A DNA stretch of 62,519 nucleotides from an uncultured Erysipelotrichaceae bacterium (GTDB taxonomy: Bacteria > Bacillota_I > Bacilli_A > RF39 > UBA660). The notes beneath the pieces were generated by a model. It worked only from the letters and a program-made list of their open reading frames with translations. It did no database searches and had not been told where the DNA came from. The stretch lies in contig CADBUX010000003.1 in the NCBI GenBank assembly GCA_902797995.1, positions 1-62,519 on the forward strand, given 5' to 3'. The first letter of the stretch is position 1. Each line of letters opens with the position of its first letter. Below, one piece after another: positions 54,729 through 62,519 of the stretch. Position numbers and translations under genes: made by a program.

Positions 54729-55880
54729 ATGAAAAAGTTTTTTATATTGTTTTTAATTATGACTATTTTTGTACCTAGTGTAGTTATAGCAAATGATGGT
54801 GATTTTACTTCGAATGCTAGTTCTTCTATTCTAATGGATTATGATACCAAGGAAGTATTATATGGAAAAGATGAAAATAAAAGAACAAGTGTAGCATCTC
54901 TTACTAAGATGATGGGGCTTATTCTTATATTTGAAAAGATTGATGAGGGTTCACTTAAAACAAATGAAATAATTACAGTAAGTAAAAATGCTAAAGAAAT
55001 GGGTGGTACTCAAATATGGCTTGAGGAAGGAGAAAAGATTTCAGTAAATGATCTTTTAAAGGGTATTACTATGGCAAGTGCTAATGATGCAATGGTTGCT
55101 ATGGCAGAACGTATAAGTGGAACTGAAGCAGCTTTTGTCAAAAAAATGAATGAAAAAGCTAAACAATTAGGACTAAAGAATACAAATTTTGTAAACTCAA
55201 CAGGGTTTGATGAAGAAGGGGCTTACTCTAGTGCTTTTGATATGGCTATAATTGCTTCTGAACTTTTAAAACATGAGAAAATACTTGATTATACTAGTAA
55301 ATATGAAAGTTATATAAGAGAAAATACTAATAATAAAACATGGATTACTAATACTAATAAACTGGTTAACTATTACAAAGGTTGTGATGGTTTAAAAACT
55401 GGATATACTGATAATGCAGGATCATCACTCGCAGTAACTGCTAAAAGAGAGGGTTTAAGATTAATAGCGATTACATTTGGATATAAAAATACAAGTACTC
55501 GTAATCGTGAAGCAGTATCATTACTTGATTATGGATTTAGTCAGTATGCTAGTAAAACTATTTTAGAGAAAGGTAAAATAGTAAAACAAATAAATCTTGC
55601 TAAAGCAGACAAGAACAGAATAAATTTAATTTTAAAAGAAAACGCAAATGTTGTAACTAGAGTAGGGGCTAATTCTAAAACTTATACATATAGTATTAAA
55701 TTAAATGATATAAGTTATCCAATAAAAAAAGGAGATACAATTGGTAAATTATATTTAAAGGATGGCTCAAAAATAGTAAAAGATGTAGATCTAGTATCAG
55801 ATGCAGATATTAGAAAAGCAGGACTATTTAAGCAGTATTTTGGGGTTATCTCTGATATGTTTTCCGGTAATGTTTATTAA
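54729..55880 (+). CDS. serine-type D-Ala-D-Ala carboxypeptidase (S11, PBP5/DacA-DacB-like)
   Basis: Signal peptide, SXXK SLTKMM, SXN region NSTG, KTG in LKTGYT. Confidence 0.9.
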   Translation: MKKFFILFLIMTIFVPSVVIANDGDFTSNASSSILMDYDTKEVLYGKDENKRTSVASLTKMMGLILIFEKIDEGSLKTNEIITVSKNAKEMGGTQIWLEEGEKISVNDLLKGITMASANDAMVAMAERISGTEAAFVKKMNEKAKQLGLKNTNFVNSTGFDEEGAYSSAFDMAIIASELLKHEKILDYTSKYESYIRENTNNKTWITNTNKLVNYYKGCDGLKTGYTDNAGSSLAVTAKREGLRLIAITFGYKNTSTRNREAVSLLDYGFSQYASKTILEKGKIVKQINLAKADKNRINLILKENANVVTRVGANSKTYTYSIKLNDISYPIKKGDTIGKLYLKDGSKIVKDVDLVSDADIRKAGLFKQYFGVISDMFSGNVY

Positions 55881-55891
55881 AAAAACTAAGT

Positions 55892-57013
55892 CTATTTTTT
55901 AAAAATAGGCTTAGTAAATTCTTTTGTTATAATACTATTATCATTAACTATTAAAGAGTAAATTAAACTTGTTCTTTTTTCTATATCTAAAAGAGGGCTA
56001 CTTATATCTTTATATTTTGTTATTAAAGGAACACTGGTTTCTTTTTTTATTTTATTTAAATATTTTTTTCCGTTAGCATTAAACCCTAATACTCTTATAT
56101 AATCTATTTCTAGTGAAGCTTCTTCTTTTTTTAAATCAGTTAAAATATGAATGAACATTCTATTTATTTTGTTATAAGTATATCTTTTTGTTTTAATGTT
56201 TTTGATGAGATTTTCTGTATTATTAGAGTTATTTATTGCTTTTAATACTCTTCCTTCGATACCTTCATCAACAGTTAGAATAGTGTTTAACTCTTTTGAA
56301 CTTGTTATAATTTTGTATTTTAATAGTTTGAAATAATCTGTGTTTTTATATAAAATATTTTCGTTATAAGTAATATAGTCTTTTACTGATTCATTGCTTT
56401 TTAACATATTTCTAATTTCACTAGCACTAAGTATATTACCAGTATTGTTTCCATGATAATTATTAGTTCTTTTTATTGATAAGGGTTCTATATTATATTT
56501 ATTTTTAATTATTTCTTTAATGTAACTTATTGCTAACAAATCATTGGGATTATCTATTTTATCTAAACTAAAGCTTTTTAAAGCAAGTGATAAACTAGTA
56601 GGATAGTTATTTCCTTCGTCAATATACTTTTTTACTTCTTTTTCAAATCTCGGATTGTTTATTTGAATTCTTGCAATATTTTTTAGCTTTTCTATATCAT
56701 TACATTCGCTTCCGAATATTACTTTGTTTACTTTTAAACTGTTTAATATTTTTAAAGCAGCATATGCAAATTTATCTGCACTTTGAGTTGCATATACAAA
56801 TGGAAGTTCTACTACTAAATCAACATTGTTATTTAAAGCTATTTCTGTTTTATCCCATTTATTAAGTACACTCACTTCACCACGCTGTGTAAATGGTCCT
56901 GATACACAAGCAATAATAATTGATTCTGGGTACATTTCTTTTGTTTTTTTTATATGATAAATATGTCCTTTATGAAAAGGGTTATATTCACATATTATTC
57001 CAATTATGTCCAT
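55892..57013 (-). CDS. tmcAL: tRNA(Met) cytidine acetate ligase TmcAL (YlbM/DUF795 nucleotidyltransferase)
   Basis: GIICEYNPFHKGHIYHI N-terminal HIGH-like motif and overall length. Confidence 0.8.
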   Translation of the reverse strand: MDIIGIICEYNPFHKGHIYHIKKTKEMYPESIIIACVSGPFTQRGEVSVLNKWDKTEIALNNNVDLVVELPFVYATQSADKFAYAALKILNSLKVNKVIFGSECNDIEKLKNIARIQINNPRFEKEVKKYIDEGNNYPTSLSLALKSFSLDKIDNPNDLLAISYIKEIIKNKYNIEPLSIKRTNNYHGNNTGNILSASEIRNMLKSNESVKDYITYNENILYKNTDYFKLLKYKIITSSKELNTILTVDEGIEGRVLKAINNSNNTENLIKNIKTKRYTYNKINRMFIHILTDLKKEEASLEIDYIRVLGFNANGKKYLNKIKKETSVPLITKYKDISSPLLDIEKRTSLIYSLIVNDNSIITKEFTKPIFKK

Positions 57014-57143
57014 CTAAATCACCAAAGATATTATACTATAAATAATTAAGACTAGCAATTTTTATAAAATTTAAAACATAAGTTTTTCTATTTTGTTCTA
57101 TTTTTATTCTTTCTAAATATATTTTTTAGTAAGGAGGGAATTT

Positions 57144-57905
57144 ATGAGACAAACTATACCTTTTAAAAAAGATATAACTTTTAAAACTAAAATTGGTGAG
57201 ATAACTGCAATCAGTTTAGATAATGATTTAATGCTTAAGGGAGAAGATTTAATAAGTGGTAATTTTTATATAAGTGGTACTTATAAAATGTTAGAGACTT
57301 CTACAATTCTTGAGAATTATAGTTATAAAATACCATGTGAAATTGCTATAAGTGAAGATTATGATACTTTTGATGCTACGGTAGATATAGATGATTTTTA
57401 TTATGAAATTATTGACGATGAAATACTTAGAGTTAATATAGTAGTGGCTATAGATAATTTAAAAAAGAAAGAAGAGAGCGAAGAGTCATTACCCCAAAAA
57501 GTTGAGCCTGAAGAAATAGAAATACTTGATGATGAGGAAGAAGAGCGATGTTATGAGGAAGAAAGTGGAGAATTAAATAAGCAGGATTTTAATGACGATT
57601 TAAGTAATGTTCAAGAACTTGAAGAAGAAAAAGATGTTAAGGGGGAAAATGTGGTAAAGGAAGAAAAAAGTGCTCTTTTGGAGGAAAAACGTAATATGTC
57701 TTTTTTAGAAGTAAAAGAAACAGTAAAAAATGAAAATGATACTTATTTAACATATAAAGTCTATATTTTTAAAGATGGAGATAGTATAGAAAACATATTA
57801 GAAAAGTATCAAATAACTAAAGATGATCTTGCTGATTATAATAATTTAGAAGATATTGTTCCAGGTTCCAAACTTGTAATACCTAGTTCTAATGCTGAGT
57901 TATAA
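57144..57905 (+). CDS. spoVID: SpoVID-like sporulation protein (N-terminal SPOCS-like region, acidic middle, C-terminal LysM)
   Basis: N-terminus IPFKKDITFKTKIGEITAISLD...GNFYISGTY, Glu-rich centre, C-terminal LysM YKVYIFKDGDSIENILEKYQITKDDLADYNNL. Followed by a ysxE-like gene, as in Bacillus. Confidence 0.6.
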   Translation: MRQTIPFKKDITFKTKIGEITAISLDNDLMLKGEDLISGNFYISGTYKMLETSTILENYSYKIPCEIAISEDYDTFDATVDIDDFYYEIIDDEILRVNIVVAIDNLKKKEESEESLPQKVEPEEIEILDDEEEERCYEEESGELNKQDFNDDLSNVQELEEEKDVKGENVVKEEKSALLEEKRNMSFLEVKETVKNENDTYLTYKVYIFKDGDSIENILEKYQITKDDLADYNNLEDIVPGSKLVIPSSNAEL

Positions 57906-58779
57906 GTTTTTTAAAGATAACGGCCTTGCTTTTAACAATATTAAAAAAATAAATAATTCATATATCATAAGTAATGATAATTATAAATATGTTGTAAAGG
58001 AAAAGAAAAGTAATTTAGATAAAAAGTTTAATTATTTACTATCAAGAAGTTTTAACCAATTTCCTAAGAAATTTACCTTTGATAAATATGATATATATAA
58101 TTATATTGAAGATAAAAATATTTCTGATGAAGAAAGATTATATGAAATTACAAATCTAATAAGTTTGCTACATACTAAAACTACTAGATATAGAAATACT
58201 TGTTTGGATGATTATAAAATAATATATGAAAAAATACTAAAAAAACTTGATTATTTAAATAATTACTATTCTTCTTTAAATGACTTAATAGATAATGAAA
58301 TATATATGGCTCCGTCACATTATTTACTTGTTTTAAATATATCTAAGATTTATAGTGCCCTTATATTTTGTAGAAGTGAACTTGATAACTGGTATGAATT
58401 GATTAAGAATAGTACTAGACAACGAGTAGCATTTATTCATAATAATTTAGACCTTGATCATTTGTTATATGATGATAGAGCTTATTTAATTAGTTGGGAT
58501 AAGTCAAAAGTTGATTTGCCTATATATGATTTGGTACATTTATATGAAAGATATTATAAAAAAACTGATTTTGAAATACTTTTTAATATTTATCAAAAAA
58601 AGTATCCATTAAATAAAGAAGAATTAAAGTTATTCTTTATTATGATATCTATACCAAAAAAGATAGAGTTTTTAAATGATGAATCTCAAAATATTAAAAA
58701 TGTTAGAGATTTAATTGAATCTTTAAATAAAGGTGATGAGTTAATTAGACCATATTATAAAAAAATAGATAATAAATAA
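57892..58779 (+). CDS. ysxE: YsxE/CotS-like spore coat kinase-fold protein
   Basis: Position after the spoVID-like gene with a 14-nt overlap. IHNNLDLDH (kinase catalytic-loop-like H.D...N context) and ISWDKSKVDLPIYDL. Confidence 0.55.
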   Translation: MLSYKFFKDNGLAFNNIKKINNSYIISNDNYKYVVKEKKSNLDKKFNYLLSRSFNQFPKKFTFDKYDIYNYIEDKNISDEERLYEITNLISLLHTKTTRYRNTCLDDYKIIYEKILKKLDYLNNYYSSLNDLIDNEIYMAPSHYLLVLNISKIYSALIFCRSELDNWYELIKNSTRQRVAFIHNNLDLDHLLYDDRAYLISWDKSKVDLPIYDLVHLYERYYKKTDFEILFNIYQKKYPLNKEELKLFFIMISIPKKIEFLNDESQNIKNVRDLIESLNKGDELIRPYYKKIDNK

Positions 58780-58801
58780 AAATAGAAAAGATGATTCTTT
58801 T

Positions 58802-60694
58802 CTATTTTATATATTTATAATAATTTTTTTCTAATATTAAACTTGAAGCATTAGTTTTATTAAATACTTCTTTTTGTTTTTCTTTTATATAAGTATTTGA
58901 TACTGTTTTTGATCCTTGCCATTTATTATTTTTTTCATTATAGAATCCTTCTTTTATTATGAAACTTCGGTCATTAAATATTACAATTCCTTCAGAATCA
59001 CTCATTATGTCTTTACCAATAATTAATCTAGAATCATAGTTTATTCCAAACATATTTAGTAGAGTAGGAAGTACATCTATATTGGAGGCATATTTATCTA
59101 CTATTTTTGCTTTTATACTTGGATTATAAATAATAAGATTTGATTTGTGTTTTGCATATGGAGTATCAAGATTTCTTAACTCGCTATATTCTTTTTTAGA
59201 CAATCCGTATGGATAGTGATCTGGTACTAAAACAATAACAGTGTCACTTAATATATTTTGGTTTTCTAGGTTTTGTAATAAATGTTCTAGAGCTTTATCT
59301 AGGTCAATATTAGCACTTAGATAAGCTTTTGTAGCTTCGCTATAATTTAAATCTTTTACTTTTTCTTGATACTTTTTAGCCATATCATTATTAGTAAAAT
59401 TGTGATATAAATGTCCGCTTATAGACATATAATATGTATGAAATTTATTACTATCTTTATAATCTTTAAATGTTTCTGTAATCATTTCATCATCACTTTG
59501 TGGCCACAGATTACAATTTATATAGTTTTCTAGTCCGTTTCCACAGGCTTTAAAACTATATCCTAGGTTTGGCATTATTTCATTTCTTTGATAGAAAGTA
59601 TAAATACCATTATGATAGCTATTTAAACTATAATTATTATTTTTAAACACATTCGCATAAGTATATGGAAAACTTTTTCCTAATGTATCCATATAACTCC
59701 ATGTACCTTCTTTAGGAAGAAGTCCTGTAAGATTAGTATATTCTCCATCTGAAGTTGAGGCATAATAAATTGGAGTATAAAAGTTTGTAAAATTTAAACC
59801 TTCATTAGTCATTTTATAAAGAGTAGGGGTTAAATCTTTATCTATAACGCTAAAACTAAATGATTCTGCTGTTATGAAGATTAGGTTTTTATCTTTAAAA
59901 ATACCGGTATATTCGTTTTTATTGGTTGGTATTTCATTTTTTAAATAATTAGTTAGTTTAGTTATTTCTTTATCATTTGTTTTAATATTATTAAAATCTA
60001 TGTTTTGAATGTTATATTTTTCTTCATCATAAATATTAGTGTTTTCTTTTATAAATAAATCATAACTTGGACTCGTAATATATCTATTTAAATCAATAAG
60101 CATTGCTGTTGTAAGACCAAAGCTTTGAACATTTTTTGTTTCTACATTGGTTATTTTTAGTAAATTTTTTCTAGAATAAAGATTATTATTTGGAATATAT
60201 ATAGATATTGTTGTTATAAGTAAGCTTGTTATTAATATAGAGAATAGTATTAATTTCTTTTTATTTGTCTGTTCATCATTTGTTTTAATAAGAGTGATTA
60301 TTATTGTTATTAATAAGATGGTTAGTATTAAAAATCCTGGAAGATTATTTATTATTACTTTAATAATTGCAGGCATAAATCCAAATACTTGGCCACCATT
60401 AGTTAATGAGTAAATAGAGAAGAAACAATCGTAGAAGTTATAGTGAACAAACTGTGCTATATATAAAGCTGTTATAAAGCCATATAGGATTATTTCTACT
60501 GTTTTTTTTACTTTTCCTTTAAATAATTCTGTAATTATATTTATTGTAGCACTTAATGTAATACTTCCTAAAAAATAGAAAAACATATTTGATATAGATA
60601 TATGTTTATATAATAAAATAATAAAAACTATATTTAAAGATAATAAATATAAACTTGTTACTATTAGAGTTTTATATTTATTTATTTTCTTCAT
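58802..60694 (-). CDS. LTA synthase family protein (N-terminal polytopic domain plus extracellular sulfatase-like domain)
   Basis: Five N-terminal TM helices followed by a sulfatase-fold region (LIFITAESFS, TSDGEY, LVPDHYPYG). Confidence 0.85.
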   Translation of the reverse strand: MKKINKYKTLIVTSLYLLSLNIVFIILLYKHISISNMFFYFLGSITLSATINIITELFKGKVKKTVEIILYGFITALYIAQFVHYNFYDCFFSIYSLTNGGQVFGFMPAIIKVIINNLPGFLILTILLITIIITLIKTNDEQTNKKKLILFSILITSLLITTISIYIPNNNLYSRKNLLKITNVETKNVQSFGLTTAMLIDLNRYITSPSYDLFIKENTNIYDEEKYNIQNIDFNNIKTNDKEITKLTNYLKNEIPTNKNEYTGIFKDKNLIFITAESFSFSVIDKDLTPTLYKMTNEGLNFTNFYTPIYYASTSDGEYTNLTGLLPKEGTWSYMDTLGKSFPYTYANVFKNNNYSLNSYHNGIYTFYQRNEIMPNLGYSFKACGNGLENYINCNLWPQSDDEMITETFKDYKDSNKFHTYYMSISGHLYHNFTNNDMAKKYQEKVKDLNYSEATKAYLSANIDLDKALEHLLQNLENQNILSDTVIVLVPDHYPYGLSKKEYSELRNLDTPYAKHKSNLIIYNPSIKAKIVDKYASNIDVLPTLLNMFGINYDSRLIIGKDIMSDSEGIVIFNDRSFIIKEGFYNEKNNKWQGSKTVSNTYIKEKQKEVFNKTNASSLILEKNYYKYIK

Positions 60695-61916
60695 CTTTAA
60701 TCAACTCCTTAAATTTTTCTATTTTTTCTTTAGTAGTTTTTAAATTAATTTCATATTTTGATGACTCTTTGGGGATATAATATTTAGCATCTTTTATATT
60801 TTCCGGAAGATATGTTTGACTCACGATAGAATTTTTATAACTGTGAGGATATTTGTAACCAATATATGGACTTTTTAAATAGTTTGGGACTTCTCCAATA
60901 TTTTTAGTTTCTATATCAGTAATAGCCTTATCTATTGCAAGATAAGCAGTATTACTTTTGGGTGATAAAGCCATTTCTATAACGATACTTGCCATAATTA
61001 GTTTAGCTTCTGGAAGTCCAACACGTTCTGATGCGTTTATAGCAGCATCTAGTTTTGGCCCAATACTAGGATTAGCAAGTCCGATATCTTCATAGGCAAT
61101 TACCGAAAGGCGTCTATATAAACTATCTAAATCTTCTGCAATTAATAGTCTTGCTGCGTAATGAAGAGCTGCATCTACATCAGAGCCTCTAATTGATTTT
61201 TGTAGACCACTTAAAACGTCATAATGACCTGTTTCATTTTTATCATGAAAAAAGTTTGGTTTATTATTAATACTTTTTACTATATCAATGTCTACTTTAT
61301 GATCTTTATTAAAATAGAAAGATACTTCAAGTAGGTTAAGAGCAAACCTTAGATCTCCACCTGATAAATTACTTATATATTTTAAAGTTTCATTATCTAT
61401 TTTTATATCTTTTAATTCATCACTTTTTACTGCTTTTTTTAATCCTTTTAAAATGTCTTCATCTGTTAAAGGTTTAAGCTCAAATATTTGACATCTACTT
61501 CTTATTGCAGGATTTATTTTATGATATGGGTTACTAGTTGTCATTCCTATTAAAGTAATTAATCCACTTTCTAAACAAGGAAGTAATAAATCTTGTTTAT
61601 CTTTATTCATTCTATGTATTTCATCCATTATTAAAACAATACCATCCATCATTTTTGCTTCTTCAATTACATTTGATAGGTCTTGTTTGTTATTTAATGT
61701 AGCATTTAGAAATCTAGCATTACATTTTAAGTCATTTACTATGGCATTTGCAATTGAAGTTTTACCCGTTCCTGGAGGGCCATATAAAATCATGGAAAAA
61801 ATTTTTTTATTTTTTACCATATTACTTAGTATTTTATTTGCTCCTATTAAATGAGATTGTCCTACTACATCTTTTAATGAATTTGGTTTTAGAAGGAGTG
61901 CCAAAGGTTTATTCAT
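60678..61916 (-). CDS. rarA: replication-associated recombination protein A (AAA+ ATPase RarA/MgsA)
   Basis: PLALLLKPNSLKDVVGQSHL, Walker A YGPPGTGKTS, Walker B LIMDEIHR, C-terminal HYDVLSGLQKSIRGSD...ALHY. Confidence 0.95.
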   Translation of the reverse strand: MNKPLALLLKPNSLKDVVGQSHLIGANKILSNMVKNKKIFSMILYGPPGTGKTSIANAIVNDLKCNARFLNATLNNKQDLSNVIEEAKMMDGIVLIMDEIHRMNKDKQDLLLPCLESGLITLIGMTTSNPYHKINPAIRSRCQIFELKPLTDEDILKGLKKAVKSDELKDIKIDNETLKYISNLSGGDLRFALNLLEVSFYFNKDHKVDIDIVKSINNKPNFFHDKNETGHYDVLSGLQKSIRGSDVDAALHYAARLLIAEDLDSLYRRLSVIAYEDIGLANPSIGPKLDAAINASERVGLPEAKLIMASIVIEMALSPKSNTAYLAIDKAITDIETKNIGEVPNYLKSPYIGYKYPHSYKNSIVSQTYLPENIKDAKYYIPKESSKYEINLKTTKEKIEKFKELIKDEENK

Positions 61917-62022
61917 ACTTATCTTCCTTTCCTTATATATTTTATCAAAAATAGACTAAAAATTAAAGAAAATGTTTATAAATAAAGTTAAATCTGCTAT
62001 AATTATGTTAGAGGTTATAAAA

Positions 62023-62519
62023 ATGGATATAGGAGATTATATTGATTATATTAAATATGAAAGAAAGCTTTCTAATGAGACAATAAAGAATTATAAGTAT
62101 GATCTTGATAAGTTTTTACAATTTTTAAAAAAAGAGCATATTGATAGTTTTACTGATGTTACTAGAAAGACAGTAGAGAAGTATTTAAAGCAAATAAGTA
62201 ATATGAATCCTAAATCTGTTTCTAGAAATATTACTTCGATTAATAATTTATTTATTTTTTTATTAAAAGAAAAACAAATAAATAATAATCCTTGTGAATT
62301 TATTGATAGGCCTAAGTTAAAAAAGAGTCTTCCTGATACATTATCTTTTGATGAAGTTTCTCTTATTTTAAATATTCCTTTACTTACTAAATATGATTAT
62401 CGTAATAAAGCAATGCTTGAAATACTTTATGGAAGTGGTCTTAGAATAAGTGAACTTATATCTTTAACATTAAGAGATATTGATATGGAAAATGATATTA
62501 TCAGATGTTTTGGTAAAGG
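62023..62519 (+). CDS. xerD: tyrosine recombinase XerD/XerC, 5' partial (runs off the window)
   Basis: Hand translation from ATG 62023: MDIGDYIDYIKYERKLSNETIKNYKYDLDKFLQFL ... RNKAMLEILYGSGLRISELISLTLRDID. This is the N-terminal SAM-like domain and the start of the catalytic domain. There is no stop before the window end, so it is absent from the ORF track. Confidence 0.85.
   Translation, partial: MDIGDYIDYIKYERKLSNETIKNYKYDLDKFLQFLKKEHIDSFTDVTRKTVEKYLKQISNMNPKSVSRNITSINNLFIFLLKEKQINNNPCEFIDRPKLKKSLPDTLSFDEVSLILNIPLLTKYDYRNKAMLEILYGSGLRISELISLTLRDIDMENDIIRCFGK

Noticed and set aside
1-62519. A search by eye for CRISPR arrays, IS elements or transposases, integrases other than xerD, phage genes, and rRNA.
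   Set aside because: I found no regularly spaced direct repeats, no transposase or phage-like ORFs and no rRNA-like sequence. The partial xerD at the right edge has the housekeeping XerD N-terminal pattern and no adjacent mobile genes.

Overview
This is a very AT-rich chromosomal window of Firmicutes type. It uses the standard genetic code (TGA is a stop), and spoVID/ysxE-like and ylbD/ylbE-like genes suggest a spore-former lineage. Most of it is ordinary housekeeping: an SBP+ATPase ABC pair, rimP-nusA-ylxR-infB-rbfA, sufCDSUB, a tail-less ssb, helD, nifJ, a nifS-thioredoxin module, an MBOAT/DHHW pair, rpsD, miaA, ddl, tRNA(CAT)+tRNA-Leu(TAG), tex, cell-wall enzymes (VanY-like, PBP5-like, LtaS-like), tmcAL, rarA and the 5' part of xerD. 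The stand-out is at about 20.49-27.61 kb. A 50-codon ORF (20539..20691), too short for the supplied ORF track, has a strong Shine-Dalgarno site and its own promoter-like signal. It ends in the Cys/Trp-containing tail QCASAECGW and is followed by a perfect hairpin. Downstream lie six start/stop-overlapping genes: a SPASM radical SAM enzyme, a 1102-aa protein with two B12-type radical SAM modules, a second Cys-rich radical SAM enzyme, an M29 aminopeptidase and a GNAT acetyltransferase. No exporter, immunity gene or regulator is present. I read this as an uncharacterised RiPP-like, or peptide-derived small-molecule, biosynthetic system. Secondary items: an acyl-AMP ligase/ACP/mini-PPTase operon facing a 2x acyltransferase + 2x GT8 operon; an E2-like acyltransferase whose catalytic His appears replaced, coupled to an acyl-CoA ligase; two pilin-like genes with no assembly machinery, next to a 1063-aa protein with three wall-hydrolase-type domains and two paralogous anchored proteins; and a cysteine desulfurase cotranscribed with a thioredoxin-like protein and a Trx::CcdA fusion. 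I saw no CRISPR array, rRNA, transposase or phage gene. All family calls are made by eye from motifs, without database searches.
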